A stretch of DNA of 64,000 bases from an uncultured virus (IMG/VR IMGVR_UViG_3300040807_003058) (IMGVR_UViG_3300040807_003058); one strand, 5' to 3'. Counted from the stretch's first letter, positions 1 through 8,779 are shown. Numbers and translations are program-made. The notes: generated by a model not told the origin, from the sequence alone.

Positions 1-19
1 GGGAGCAACAGGGGGTGGC

Positions 20-403
20 GTGAAGGAAGGAATCATCCAGTGGATGTCCGGCCGTGGCTGGAGAGTGACCGTCTTGGACGCGGAGAAGTGGACCGGGAAG
101 GCGTACGACCCCACGCTGGGTCCTATCCTGCGACCCGGGTCCTCCGCCGGGCCGTATCAGGGGTGGGGGGAGCGCTCGGAGGACCTGCTCCCGGTGTCTC
201 CGGGGGACATCAACACATTTTTCCGGACTGGCGTGCCGCGCCTGTCGCAGGAGATCATCGCGGCGAACATCGCCTTCATCCGCGAATTCGGAACGGAGGA
301 GCAGAAGGAGGAGATGCGCAGCGCGTTCGCCGCGGGGTTCATGCTCGAGCTCTCCCAGCGGGTGTTCAAACTGGATCTCTACCCGGAGGGGGACGATGCA
401 TAA
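20..403 (+). CDS. hypothetical protein
   Basis: 127-aa ORF, GTG start after a G-rich RBS-like stretch; no recognisable motif. Confidence 0.6.
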   Translation: MKEGIIQWMSGRGWRVTVLDAEKWTGKAYDPTLGPILRPGSSAGPYQGWGERSEDLLPVSPGDINTFFRTGVPRLSQEIIAANIAFIREFGTEEQKEEMRSAFAAGFMLELSQRVFKLDLYPEGDDA

Positions 404-469
404 GCTGAAGATGTTCCTGCAAGACACCTGGCCGTCGATGATCCACACACTGGAGCTTGGAGGAGAGGG

Positions 470-667
470 ATGGCAGTACCACAGGTAGTACGCGCGTTCA
501 GTACACGCGGAGAGGCGTGGGCCTTCCGCGAAGGCATCGAGTTCGTCAACGACACGTCTCTGACAGACATCAGCGTCATCTACGACGGCATGGACAAGTG
601 CGGGGAGCCGTGGAAGGTCGTGGTCGTTGATGATAGCAAGGACGACCCGCCGAGGGAGGGCGGCTGA
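470..667 (+). CDS. small hypothetical protein
   Basis: 65 aa, GGAGG upstream, followed by a terminator-like hairpin. Confidence 0.65.
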   Translation: MAVPQVVRAFSTRGEAWAFREGIEFVNDTSLTDISVIYDGMDKCGEPWKVVVVDDSKDDPPREGG

Positions 668-673
668 CCAACG

Positions 674-698
674 AAAGGGCGGCTTCGGCCGTCTCTTT
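674..698 (+). terminator. intrinsic terminator-like hairpin with cUUCGg loop
   Basis: AAAG-GGCGGC-TTCG-GCCGTC-TCTTT immediately after the stop of 470..667. Confidence 0.6.
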
Positions 699-770
699 AC
701 CCCGTTGCGGGTCATGTGTCCTCCCGTAATGGGACACAAGGAAGTGGGGACCTACAGCCCTTGGAGGGGT

Positions 771-1061
771 ATGCAGAAGATCAGTATGGAAGCCGCTGTT
801 GCGCTGCTCGACGTCGGAGACGATGTACACGCACTGGACCACGCCCAGCAGGCGTTTGGTCGATGGCTACAGCGAGGGGACGGTATCGCCGTCTACGTCA
901 ACAAAGACCTCAGCAGCTCCGAGGTAGGTCGGCGTAAGTTCGTCTCGTACGGCGGCCCTGATGCGCAGATTCCGGGGGACAGGCCCCCGGAGAAGTTCCC
1001 TGTCATGTCCACGACGCAGTGGGCGTACGTGTTGGAGGCAGTCGTACCGCGCGGAGGGTAG
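771..1061 (+). CDS. hypothetical protein
   Basis: ATG at 771 preceded by GGAGGGG, in frame with track ORF 627..1061. Confidence 0.6.
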   Translation: MQKISMEAAVALLDVGDDVHALDHAQQAFGRWLQRGDGIAVYVNKDLSSSEVGRRKFVSYGGPDAQIPGDRPPEKFPVMSTTQWAYVLEAVVPRGG

Positions 1062-1063
1062 TG

Positions 1064-1888
1064 ATGGCGAAGAGAAAGAAGTGGACAGAGGCAGAGGCGG
1101 AGTTCTTGCGTGAGCACGCCCAGGACTACACTGCGGCCGAGTTGGCTCGAGAGCTCGGATGCAGGCCGACTCAGGTGTACGGGGCTGTACGTCGGCTTGG
1201 GCTGAGCACGCGTGGCCGGGAGGACAAGTGGACGTCCCAGGACCGGGTTGATCTGCAACTCTATCGGCGGCAGGGACTCACGCATGAAGAGATCTCTGAG
1301 AAGATGGGCCGTAGTGTTGACGCCATCAGGGTGAAATCCAGGCGAATCGGGGCTACTCGGAGGCAGGTGCATGTCCCATGGACTGATGATGACGTAGCCC
1401 GTCTGCACCAGCTGTTCGAGGAGACCAAGGACTTCCGGGAGATCGCAGCTGCGATGGGCCGGGGGTACTACTCGATACGAGGCAAAGCCCGTAGGGAAGG
1501 GCTGACCATCCGATGGACCGAGGAAGAGGACCGGGTCCTACGGGAGATGGTCGGACGGAAGCACTACCACCTCATTGCCGAGCAACTCGGGCGTACCGCA
1601 ATTGCGGTACAGCACCGTTGCCAGAAGCTCGGCATTGGGCCGGGGAACGGAACCCACACGTTGCGGGAAATGGCAGACATCCTCGGTGTGTCCGACAAAT
1701 ACGTCGTGTACGTGCGTAAGCAACTACGCGGCTCGTGGGCACGTGGGAGTACAGGCCGCCGTGCTACGGATGAGAATATTGTGCAGGTGGCGAAGTGGAT
1801 TCTCGACCCAGCGAACAACTCAAGATGCGATGCACCAGCTGCTCGCATCCGGCAGGTCATCAAAGACTACGGAGGAGGAGAGGGGTGA
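1064..1888 (+). CDS. tandem Myb/SANT-like repeat and HTH DNA-binding protein
   Basis: Four repeats starting WTEAEAEFL, WTSQDRVDL, WTDDDVARL, WTEEEDRVL, each with a (I/L)A..(L/M)G(R/C)-like helix; then HTH-like TLREMADILGVS. Confidence 0.75.
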   Translation: MAKRKKWTEAEAEFLREHAQDYTAAELARELGCRPTQVYGAVRRLGLSTRGREDKWTSQDRVDLQLYRRQGLTHEEISEKMGRSVDAIRVKSRRIGATRRQVHVPWTDDDVARLHQLFEETKDFREIAAAMGRGYYSIRGKARREGLTIRWTEEEDRVLREMVGRKHYHLIAEQLGRTAIAVQHRCQKLGIGPGNGTHTLREMADILGVSDKYVVYVRKQLRGSWARGSTGRRATDENIVQVAKWILDPANNSRCDAPAARIRQVIKDYGGGEG

Positions 1889-2385
1889 GCGACGTACCAG
1901 AGCCGCATCGATCTATGCAGCAAGCCATTCGTCTGATGAAAGGCATCATCGAGATTACAGAGCTCGTGGCCGAGGAGAGGAGAGAGTCCGGGATGGGCTG
2001 GGCGATGGACACTCTGGCGCAAGATCTGGAGGAGTACATCGGAGCGAACGGCTCGGATCTCGGGGACGTAGAGTTCAAGCTCAAGTCCGGTGAGGCCGCC
2101 GTGACACTGGCAGACCTGGCTACGTTGCTGACACTGCTGTCCTATATCGCCGCGACCGGTGACGTGCCGGAGATACCGGGGCTGTCGGCGAAGCTGTGGC
2201 CGGACAGCGCTACCTGGGTTCGCCGCGACGGCGCTCTACGCGTCTTGAACTTCAGTCGGCAGTCGATGGAGACGTACTCACAGGCTGGTGACGACACCCC
2301 CGTAATGGTGGTCCGTTACCCGGCCAAGAGAGCGGCTACCTCCCTCGCGGGGGAGCTACGTGTCTGGGCCAGGGGCGGACAGTGA
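1885..2385 (+). CDS. hypothetical protein
   Basis: GTGA overlap with the upstream stop, strong GGAGGAGG RBS. Confidence 0.6.
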   Translation: MSDVPEPHRSMQQAIRLMKGIIEITELVAEERRESGMGWAMDTLAQDLEEYIGANGSDLGDVEFKLKSGEAAVTLADLATLLTLLSYIAATGDVPEIPGLSAKLWPDSATWVRRDGALRVLNFSRQSMETYSQAGDDTPVMVVRYPAKRAATSLAGELRVWARGGQ

Positions 2386-2609
2386 CCCAACCCGACTGGG
2401 AGGCGGAGGCCGAGAAGAAGCGGGCTCGAGCGGAGCCGGGCGACGTGGTGGACATCCCACGCCACACCGTTCGTAGGGGCGGCTGGTCACTACAGCCACC
2501 GAGGAAGACGAAACTACAGGTCGCAGGGGACATTGCAGTAGGGCTGTGGGTAGCCCTGGTGTGCTGCGTGTTTCTGTGGCTGGTCAAGACGTTGTTGGAG
2601 GGTCAATGA
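2382..2609 (+). CDS. small membrane protein
   Basis: C-terminal hydrophobic segment IAVGLWVALVCCVFLWLV; coupled overlaps on both sides. Confidence 0.6.
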   Translation: MTQPDWEAEAEKKRARAEPGDVVDIPRHTVRRGGWSLQPPRKTKLQVAGDIAVGLWVALVCCVFLWLVKTLLEGQ

Positions 2610-3355
2610 CCGACAAAAGAGACGAGGTGTGGTTCATCCTGGACACGGAGACTACCAGCAGCGACCCGGAGGAGGCGGAGCTGGTGGAAGTGGCGGTGGT
2701 GGCTTTCGACCCCCGCCGCCGCTGTGTCATCGATCAGCGGTCGACGCTGTTTCAGGTGCATGAAGACAGCTGGTCGTACGAGGCGGAGGAGGTACACGGC
2801 ATCCCGCAATCTGTGGCGAACGACTTCGGTGTCTCCCCAGTCCTGGGTGTGCCGAGGCTGGTGAAGTACCTCAACACCCGTCCCGACGCCCCGATCCTGG
2901 CGCACAACGCCGCCTACGACCAACGGGTGCTGGATCGGGCGTGCGCCTCGCTGCAGCAGCAGCAGGTAAACCACCGTCGGTGGGTGTGCACCTACACGCA
3001 GTTCGACTGGCCGAAGGGTACCGGCAGCCTGACGAACGTAGCACTAAGTCACGGGGTTGCGTTGATGGCCGCGCACCGGGCGCTGGATGACTGCCAGACG
3101 CTGGCTCGTCTGCTCGAGCAGGTGGGTGGGCCGGCCTACGGGCGTAACCTGAAGGAGATGATGGACTTCGCGCAGCTTCCCAGGAAGCGGTACAAGTCCA
3201 GTCATCCGCGTAGCCGCAACGACGATGTGAAGCGTCTGGGTTTCCGGTGGGACCCCGACAGGAAGATCTGGTGGAAGGACCTCACGGACTGCCAGCTGAA
3301 GGACACGCGAGATCGGCTGGGGCAGATGTTCCAGCTGACGGAGGCGGCCGGCTGA
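2606..3355 (+). CDS. DEDDh 3'-5' exonuclease (DnaQ/epsilon-like) with small C-terminal DUF5710-like domain
   Basis: ExoI ILDTETT, ExoII AHNAAYD, ExoIII AHRALDD; C-terminal VKRLGFRWDPDRKIWW. Confidence 0.85.
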   Translation: MTDKRDEVWFILDTETTSSDPEEAELVEVAVVAFDPRRRCVIDQRSTLFQVHEDSWSYEAEEVHGIPQSVANDFGVSPVLGVPRLVKYLNTRPDAPILAHNAAYDQRVLDRACASLQQQQVNHRRWVCTYTQFDWPKGTGSLTNVALSHGVALMAAHRALDDCQTLARLLEQVGGPAYGRNLKEMMDFAQLPRKRYKSSHPRSRNDDVKRLGFRWDPDRKIWWKDLTDCQLKDTRDRLGQMFQLTEAAG

Positions 3356-3813
3356 TGCACCCACTACAGACGGCAGCGTTCGTCACCGCCCAGGCCGCTG
3401 CGACCATCGTCGCCCTGTATTATCTGTACTTCGGGTACCGTAAGGTCCGCCTATCGGAGCAGGCCCGCGAGGAGTACTCCAAGGCCATTCGCCAGCGGAG
3501 GGAGGCGTCCAGACTTGCCCTCGAGGCCATCGACGCGCGGAAGGAACTGCTACGGGAGTTCTCCGAGATCACCCAACGCGCGTCGATGCTGGCCACCCAG
3601 GAAGGTGTGCTGCAGTTCCGCATGGTGCTGGTGGCGCTCATCCTAGAGAGCACAAAGGGCATGAAGGCCGCTGAGGCGAGGTACGAGTCCACGTTCGACG
3701 AGTACCAGGCGGTGGTAGACGAGGGCACCAGCCCTCTGGACCTCGTCGAGTACGAGATGTACATCAACTCACTAGACCCATGGAGACTGGTCATGGGCGA
3801 ATTCAGGGCGTGA
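3355..3813 (+). CDS. membrane-anchored coiled-coil protein
   Basis: TGATG overlap; N-terminal hydrophobic helix followed by a charged helical region. Confidence 0.6.
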   Translation: MHPLQTAAFVTAQAAATIVALYYLYFGYRKVRLSEQAREEYSKAIRQRREASRLALEAIDARKELLREFSEITQRASMLATQEGVLQFRMVLVALILESTKGMKAAEARYESTFDEYQAVVDEGTSPLDLVEYEMYINSLDPWRLVMGEFRA

Positions 3814-3833
3814 GCCCTCAGTAGGAGGACTAC

Positions 3834-4058
3834 ATGGCATACGGAAAGGCACTGGAGCAGCGGGCGATCCGGCCCGAGAGCAGCACGTCCCGCCGGTCGT
3901 GGATCACATCCGGAGGAGCCCAGGCGGTACGGTACTGGTCTACCGGCTCTGGGGAAGAGAAGTTCGGCGTAACGCAGTCCCAGCAGGACGGACGCAACGC
4001 CCGGATGCACCTGCAGGCCGTGCTGCAGAAGCGCGCGGAAGATGGGACCGACGAGTAG
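3834..4058 (+). CDS. small hypothetical protein
   Basis: 74 aa, AGGAGG RBS, followed by terminator hairpins. Confidence 0.55.
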   Translation: MAYGKALEQRAIRPESSTSRRSWITSGGAQAVRYWSTGSGEEKFGVTQSQQDGRNARMHLQAVLQKRAEDGTDE

Positions 4059-4066
4059 TCGGTTAC

Positions 4067-4084
4067 GGGGGCTACGGCCCTTTT
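4067..4084 (+). terminator. small UNCG-loop hairpin terminator
   Basis: GGGGGC-TACG-GCCC-TTTT. Confidence 0.45.
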
Positions 4085-4093
4085 AGCCCAAAG

Positions 4094-4130
4094 ACAAAGG
4101 CCCCAGCAGCAGCGCTACTGGGGCCTTTGT
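4094..4130. terminator. bidirectional intrinsic terminator between convergent units
   Basis: 13-bp inverted repeat ACAAAGGCCCCAG...CTGGGGCCTTTGT between the + strand genes and groES. Confidence 0.75.
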
Positions 4131-4144
4131 TCTGTCCGTCGAAC

Positions 4145-4435
4145 TCAGGAGAGCTCGCGGGCGAAGACTTCGTCCTCTCGTAGGAGGATGTAGTCCTCCC
4201 CGTTCACGGTGATGGAGGTGCCTGCGTACTTGCCGTACAGCACGATGTCGCCGTGGCTGACACGCAGCGGGATGCGGCTCCCGTCGTCTTTCATCTTGCC
4301 AGGCCCCACGGCGTAGACCTCCCCTCGGGTAGGCTTCTCCTTCGCCACATCCGGGATGATGATGCCACCTTCGGTGTGCTCCGGCTCGGCAAGGGGCTTG
4401 ACGATGATGCGGTCGTTCAGCGGCTCGAGATTCAT
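4145..4435 (-). CDS. groES: co-chaperonin GroES (Cpn10)
   Basis: PLNDRIIVK, mobile loop TEGGIIIPDVAKEKP, GEVYAVGPG, GDIVLYGKYAGT; GGAGG RBS. Confidence 0.95.
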   Translation of the reverse strand: MNLEPLNDRIIVKPLAEPEHTEGGIIIPDVAKEKPTRGEVYAVGPGKMKDDGSRIPLRVSHGDIVLYGKYAGTSITVNGEDYILLREDEVFARELS

Positions 4436-4452
4436 GCGTCCTCCATGGACAA

Positions 4453-4483
4453 CGGGGCCTGCGCAGTAGATGCACAGGCCCCG
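4453..4483 (-). terminator. hairpin between the esterase gene and groES (terminator/attenuator-like)
   Basis: CGGGGCCTG...CAGGCCCCG inverted repeat just upstream of the groES RBS. Confidence 0.45.
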
Positions 4484-4506
4484 CAGAAGTCAACACCGGT
4501 GTTGGC

Positions 4507-6504
4507 TTACGTCACGCCCCAACGTCCCTGCAGGTACGAGCGAACGGTTGCGTCATCACCGCTGCCGTCGCCCAAGAAGCGGTTGAACACGAGCACCTCT
4601 CCCATCTCCCCCTCAAAGTACGTGCCGGTGCTGTACCGGCCTCCGAGCTTGAGAGTACCGAGAAGCCCGAAGGTGGCAGCAGACGAGCCGCGATCGACCC
4701 CGCCAGCTTCCACACCAACGAATCCCGTGTCCGCCCGGTAGTAGTATCGGAGCAGGTGCGGAGCAGTGTAAACCGACGCCGGTACAGTTCCTACGTTGAT
4801 CTGCGCTGTCGTCGCGAAGTTGTTGAACAAGGGTGCGGGACTGCCCCCTAGCGTGTAGAGACCCGCATTCCCCGATCCTCCACGTGTACCGAAGTCTACT
4901 ACGTCACCGTTGACAGCATTCGGCACGCCTTGAAGCACCGCCCAGACTTCAGCCTCCCCGGTTGCCAGCAAGGCAGACCTTACGGCGGCTGGCAGGTCGA
5001 ACTGCGCACTGGAGCCCGTGAAGTTGACCGAGGGCAGCGTCCCAAAGGCATTTTCCTTGAACACCGGCTCATTGGTAGTGGTGGGGGTCGCATGGAGCCC
5101 CGCAAATCGGTCATCCCACTGCGAGACGCTGGCACCGTCCGCAAGAGCAAGTTGCGTCGGGTCGTACGCAGCCACCAGCCCTGAGATCCCTGACGGGATG
5201 TAGGAGAGGGCGCTGGTCACCGAAATGACTAGGTTCCCCGCACTTGACGGCACTTCGATCTGCCCAGACTGAGACCCCGTCGCCCCGACCGAGACGACCA
5301 CGTCCTCGAACTCCCCGGGACCCAAGGGTCCGATGTCCACCTTGTCGAGGGTGTATGGGCCCGTAGGGACAGTAGCTCCCCTTGCCGCACCTACGCGCGT
5401 GGTGCTGTTGTTCGTGAAGCGGATCGTCCCTGTTGGGGCATCTCCGATCGCCAGCGGGTTGTTGTCCGGCACCAGGGTCTGTGCCGCCTCATCCCAGCCG
5501 GTGTAGAGCTGCCAGTCCTCTTCTGCTGGAGCCGAGACCACCTCGTACCCGTAGAAGCCCGCCCCGATCGTTTGGTTGTAGATCGTCTGCGCGATCTCCT
5601 GCAGATACGTCAGCCGGTAGTGCAGCGCATCGGAGCCGTACACGCCCCGCAGCGGGTCGCCACCGTCCCACGAGACACTGTCCTGCGGGTCGATCGCGTG
5701 AGACCTCGCGTCGTACTTCACGAGGCGGTTGAACGCGTCGTTGATCTCCGTCTGGTAGGCGTAGGAGGCGGTGTTCGGGATGCGGAGGTTGACCGGGAAG
5801 AAGGGCATCGACTCCGCTCCGCTGGCCTCTGTGACCGCGAGGTACACGCCGTGCAGGAGCTCGGCGTACTCGGCAGCGGCTCGCTCCCCGGTCGAGTCCT
5901 TCTCCCCCTGCACCCACGCCATACCGAGGATGCGCGGGGTCAGGCCAGCCCCCAGAAGTGCCGTGATGCCATCCGAGACCGACGCTCTCGCGATGTCGTA
6001 GAGGGACTGGAGCGTCAACGCACCCACTCCCTCCAGGTTCCACGTGTTCGTCGGGTGCGGCCCTGACCCGGTAGACATCGGGTACGGGGCCACCGGGTAC
6101 CACCGGTTGTCGGCGGACGTCGGCACGTAGGTCGAGAGGCCCTCCCCAGACGCAGCGCAGTGCAGCACGTACAGGTCAGGCAGATCCGCGCCCGCGTCGA
6201 TCTGGTCCTGCCACAGCTGCGCGAACTCACACCCCGGCGTGGACTTGCCGGTCGACACTGCGCCCACGTTGAAGTCGTTGTTCCACGGCACCCAGACTCG
6301 AGTTCCGGACGACATGCAGTAGACGTTCGACAGCCCCGTGGGGGTCGTGCCGTTGACCCCAGCAGCGTTCGATTGGCCCATGACGAGCAGCACTGCCGCG
6401 TCCGTCGGGTTCCAGGGCCCAGAGGGAGGGGCTCCACCGCCGCCTCCGCCTCCGCCCAGTAGGGTCGTGCTCCCTGGACTTCCCCACCGTCCCCAGCCAG
6501 CCAT
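4507..6504 (-). CDS. SGNH/SASA (sialate O-acetylesterase-like) esterase with C-terminal LamG/concanavalin-like domain, probably virion-associated
   Basis: LLVMGQSNAAG, WVQGEKDS and DALH catalytic motifs; C-terminal DGASVSQWDD...FEGEMGEVLVFNRFL...YLQGRWG; TAATG overlap fixes the start at 6504. Confidence 0.75.
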   Translation of the reverse strand: MAGWGRWGSPGSTTLLGGGGGGGGAPPSGPWNPTDAAVLLVMGQSNAAGVNGTTPTGLSNVYCMSSGTRVWVPWNNDFNVGAVSTGKSTPGCEFAQLWQDQIDAGADLPDLYVLHCAASGEGLSTYVPTSADNRWYPVAPYPMSTGSGPHPTNTWNLEGVGALTLQSLYDIARASVSDGITALLGAGLTPRILGMAWVQGEKDSTGERAAAEYAELLHGVYLAVTEASGAESMPFFPVNLRIPNTASYAYQTEINDAFNRLVKYDARSHAIDPQDSVSWDGGDPLRGVYGSDALHYRLTYLQEIAQTIYNQTIGAGFYGYEVVSAPAEEDWQLYTGWDEAAQTLVPDNNPLAIGDAPTGTIRFTNNSTTRVGAARGATVPTGPYTLDKVDIGPLGPGEFEDVVVSVGATGSQSGQIEVPSSAGNLVISVTSALSYIPSGISGLVAAYDPTQLALADGASVSQWDDRFAGLHATPTTTNEPVFKENAFGTLPSVNFTGSSAQFDLPAAVRSALLATGEAEVWAVLQGVPNAVNGDVVDFGTRGGSGNAGLYTLGGSPAPLFNNFATTAQINVGTVPASVYTAPHLLRYYYRADTGFVGVEAGGVDRGSSAATFGLLGTLKLGGRYSTGTYFEGEMGEVLVFNRFLGDGSGDDATVRSYLQGRWGVT

Positions 6505-6836
6505 TAGACCTGCTCCTCGTCGTCGAGACTGACGACGCAATACCGGATGTCGTCGGTGCCTCCGGGCACGTGCACCCGCAGGTCCGGCTGGTCCTCCAGG
6601 TCATGCTGAAACCACAGCGTGGGGTTGCCCGGGTCAATCGACACGACCCACACGGTCTCTCGATACACCTCCCCCTCTGCGTCCCAGTCCAGCAGGTACG
6701 CCGGGCTGGTCGCCGTTACATTCAGGACCGCTAGGCCGAAGTACCGCGTACTTGGAGGTAGGCTGGATAGGTCGAATGACGCTCCCGCGGCGCCTACGGC
6801 AGGGAGTGTGAGTGTTGCTGATCGCTGCTTTGCCAT
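6504..6836 (-). CDS. hypothetical protein (possible virion accessory)
   Basis: ATG at 6836 with GGAG RBS, translationally coupled to the esterase gene. Confidence 0.6.
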   Translation of the reverse strand: MAKQRSATLTLPAVGAAGASFDLSSLPPSTRYFGLAVLNVTATSPAYLLDWDAEGEVYRETVWVVSIDPGNPTLWFQHDLEDQPDLRVHVPGGTDDIRYCVVSLDDEEQV

Positions 6837-6922
6837 CTCTGCTCCGTGGTTGGTTCCTCTGGAGTTGTCGGCAGTATACCCGTAGGTAGCCGGTACTCCG
6901 AGTAGATATATGAGTACACTAC

Positions 6923-6946
6923 ACGTGTGCCCGGACGGGCACACGT
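6923..6946. promoter_or_regulatory. perfect 11-bp inverted repeat in divergent intergenic region
   Basis: ACGTGTGCCCG-GA-CGGGCACACGT. Confidence 0.5.
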
Positions 6947-6962
6947 AAACCAGTAGTTCGTA

Positions 6963-6993
6963 CCCCTAGCGCATGCCCCTAGCGCATGCCCCT
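6963..6993. repeat. 13-bp tandem direct repeat (about 2.4 copies)
   Basis: CCCCTAGCGCATG x2 + CCCCT. Confidence 0.8.
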
Positions 6994-7062
6994 GGGATGA
7001 GGCATCATACCTGCAGTTACGGTAGCTCTGTCATCTACGGGCGGCTAGTCAGGTGTGCCGAA

Positions 7063-7698
7063 GTGGAAGCCAAGCTCATCATCATCATCGCCGCAGCCGC
7101 ATTCGGCATGATGTCCCTGGTATGGCTGCTGGTGTCTCTCGGCCGGGGTGATCATCTACGCAAGCCGAAGGTCCGTGATGGCCGCGAGGGCTTCATTACC
7201 GCAGTGCGGATGGCTATCACCGCCGCAGAGGAAGTCGCCAACCTCCCGGCTATCATGCGGTCGCTGGAGCTCAATGAGGACGTAGCCATCGCCCTGTTCG
7301 ACACGCACATGAACTACGTGTGGCACACCCGAGGATGGGTCCTATGCTTCCCCCCCACCAATGACACCTGCTGCAGTCTGGTAGGAAGAAATCATTACGA
7401 GGTGTACGCAGGGGCGATCTCGGAGGAGTGGATGGACGTGCACCGCAGGGCCATCGCCGGAGAGGTTATTTCGAATTCTAACGACCTGTGGGCCCCTCAC
7501 GGAGAAGAACAACGTATCGCGTGGACATGTTCTCCCTGGCGCTCCCCCGACGGAGAACAGCTTGGTATGATCGCAACCGGAATGACCATGCACGCGGACT
7601 CCGGCGGGTCCAATGGAACCGAGCGAACAGACCGAACTAGTCGAGCTTCTTCAGGCTCTGGTGGGCGCATCGGAGGAGAAGAGGGCTGCTACTGTTGA
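7063..7698 (+). CDS. membrane-anchored PAS domain protein
   Basis: N-terminal TM (LIIIIAAAAFGMMSLVWLLVSL); PAS signature IALFDTHMNY...LVGRNHYEVY...WMDVHRRAIAGE...WTCSPWRSPDGEQLGMI; GTG at 7063 after AGGTG. Confidence 0.8.
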   Translation: MEAKLIIIIAAAAFGMMSLVWLLVSLGRGDHLRKPKVRDGREGFITAVRMAITAAEEVANLPAIMRSLELNEDVAIALFDTHMNYVWHTRGWVLCFPPTNDTCCSLVGRNHYEVYAGAISEEWMDVHRRAIAGEVISNSNDLWAPHGEEQRIAWTCSPWRSPDGEQLGMIATGMTMHADSGGSNGTERTDRTSRASSGSGGRIGGEEGCYC

Positions 7699-8023
7699 TG
7701 GTGACTCTGGCGTTACATACACGCAGGGGCAGCTCCTTGCGGCCTTGATCTTCGCAGTGTCGGCTGCGCTGGCGATCTTCGTCTACATCAGCCAGCAGTT
7801 CGACGCGATGAACACCAGAATCTCTACAGAGGTGTCCGCCATCCGCGAAGGGGTGACGGAGGATCTGACGCAAAGCAGCATTCTGGTGAATCAACAGATC
7901 CGCGAAATCAGCGAGCAGATTCACTCTCTACGGGTCCAGATGGCGGAGAGGTACGTGACGCAGGATGATCTCGAGCGAGTGCGCGAGGACCTCCTCCACG
8001 AAGTAGAGCAGCGCTGCGAGTAA
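7613..8023 (+). CDS. single-TM coiled-coil protein, holin/antiholin-like
   Basis: TM LLAALIFAVSAALAIFVYI followed by a coiled coil ending MAERYVTQDDL, a pattern common in phage lysis-region membrane proteins. Confidence 0.5.
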   Translation: MEPSEQTELVELLQALVGASEEKRAATVDGDSGVTYTQGQLLAALIFAVSAALAIFVYISQQFDAMNTRISTEVSAIREGVTEDLTQSSILVNQQIREISEQIHSLRVQMAERYVTQDDLERVREDLLHEVEQRCE

Positions 8024-8082
8024 CCCCGGTCTTTGCTCGTGGGGGCTGACGTGTTACTAGCTCCTAGAGCCAGGAGACGAAC

Positions 8083-8769
8083 ATGCCCTACATTACTTTT
8101 CAAGGAAAGGCCCCGGACAGCACTGACCTATCAGCTGTCCGCGTGGCTGTATACGACACTTCCGGCCAGATTCTGGCCGATTGGGAGTACGGACCGTACT
8201 CCCCCGGAGAGTCCGCACGTACGGTGGAGCTCCCCGCCGGCGATTACCGCCTGTGGGTGAGGTCTTCCGGGTATGTGTTCGCTTGGCCGACTAGCCTCAC
8301 CGTCAATCCGGGGGATAGCGACGACGAAGGTAACCCCACGATCGTCGACCTCACCGCCAGTTCCACCTCCGCCCGCCCAGGGGCCCAGCTGCCGGCACAG
8401 GTTTACGGGTTCCTGAGCTACATCCCCCCGGGAGGGGAGATGGCCCGCCTGGCGGGAGGACACGGGCATGTAACACGCGGACACTACGGACCGCCTCAGA
8501 CCGCGCAACCCGCTGTCATCTTTACGAAAGTTGGGTCTGCGGGCGGTGGGCCAGAGAGTCTTAGGCCGTCCGAGACGTTCTCCGTGTACGCAGACGCCAA
8601 CGGCCGGTTCGAAGCTCAGCTCGAACCAGAGAGCGTGTACGCCGTCACAATGCCGAATCAGCAGGGCCAACGGTACTTCACGTCTCCGGCATCTGGGGTA
8701 TCCGCCGACCTGGAGACCCTGATTTTGGCCGACCTGTCGAAGGCCCCCTACGAATTCATCAACGGCTAG
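8083..8769 (+). CDS. putative virion protein with carboxypeptidase-regulatory/Ig-like domains
   Basis: ELPAGDYRLWVRSSGY, ADANGRFEAQL; AGGAG RBS. Confidence 0.5.
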   Translation: MPYITFQGKAPDSTDLSAVRVAVYDTSGQILADWEYGPYSPGESARTVELPAGDYRLWVRSSGYVFAWPTSLTVNPGDSDDEGNPTIVDLTASSTSARPGAQLPAQVYGFLSYIPPGGEMARLAGGHGHVTRGHYGPPQTAQPAVIFTKVGSAGGGPESLRPSETFSVYADANGRFEAQLEPESVYAVTMPNQQGQRYFTSPASGVSADLETLILADLSKAPYEFING

Positions 8770-8779
8770 GGCACCGACT

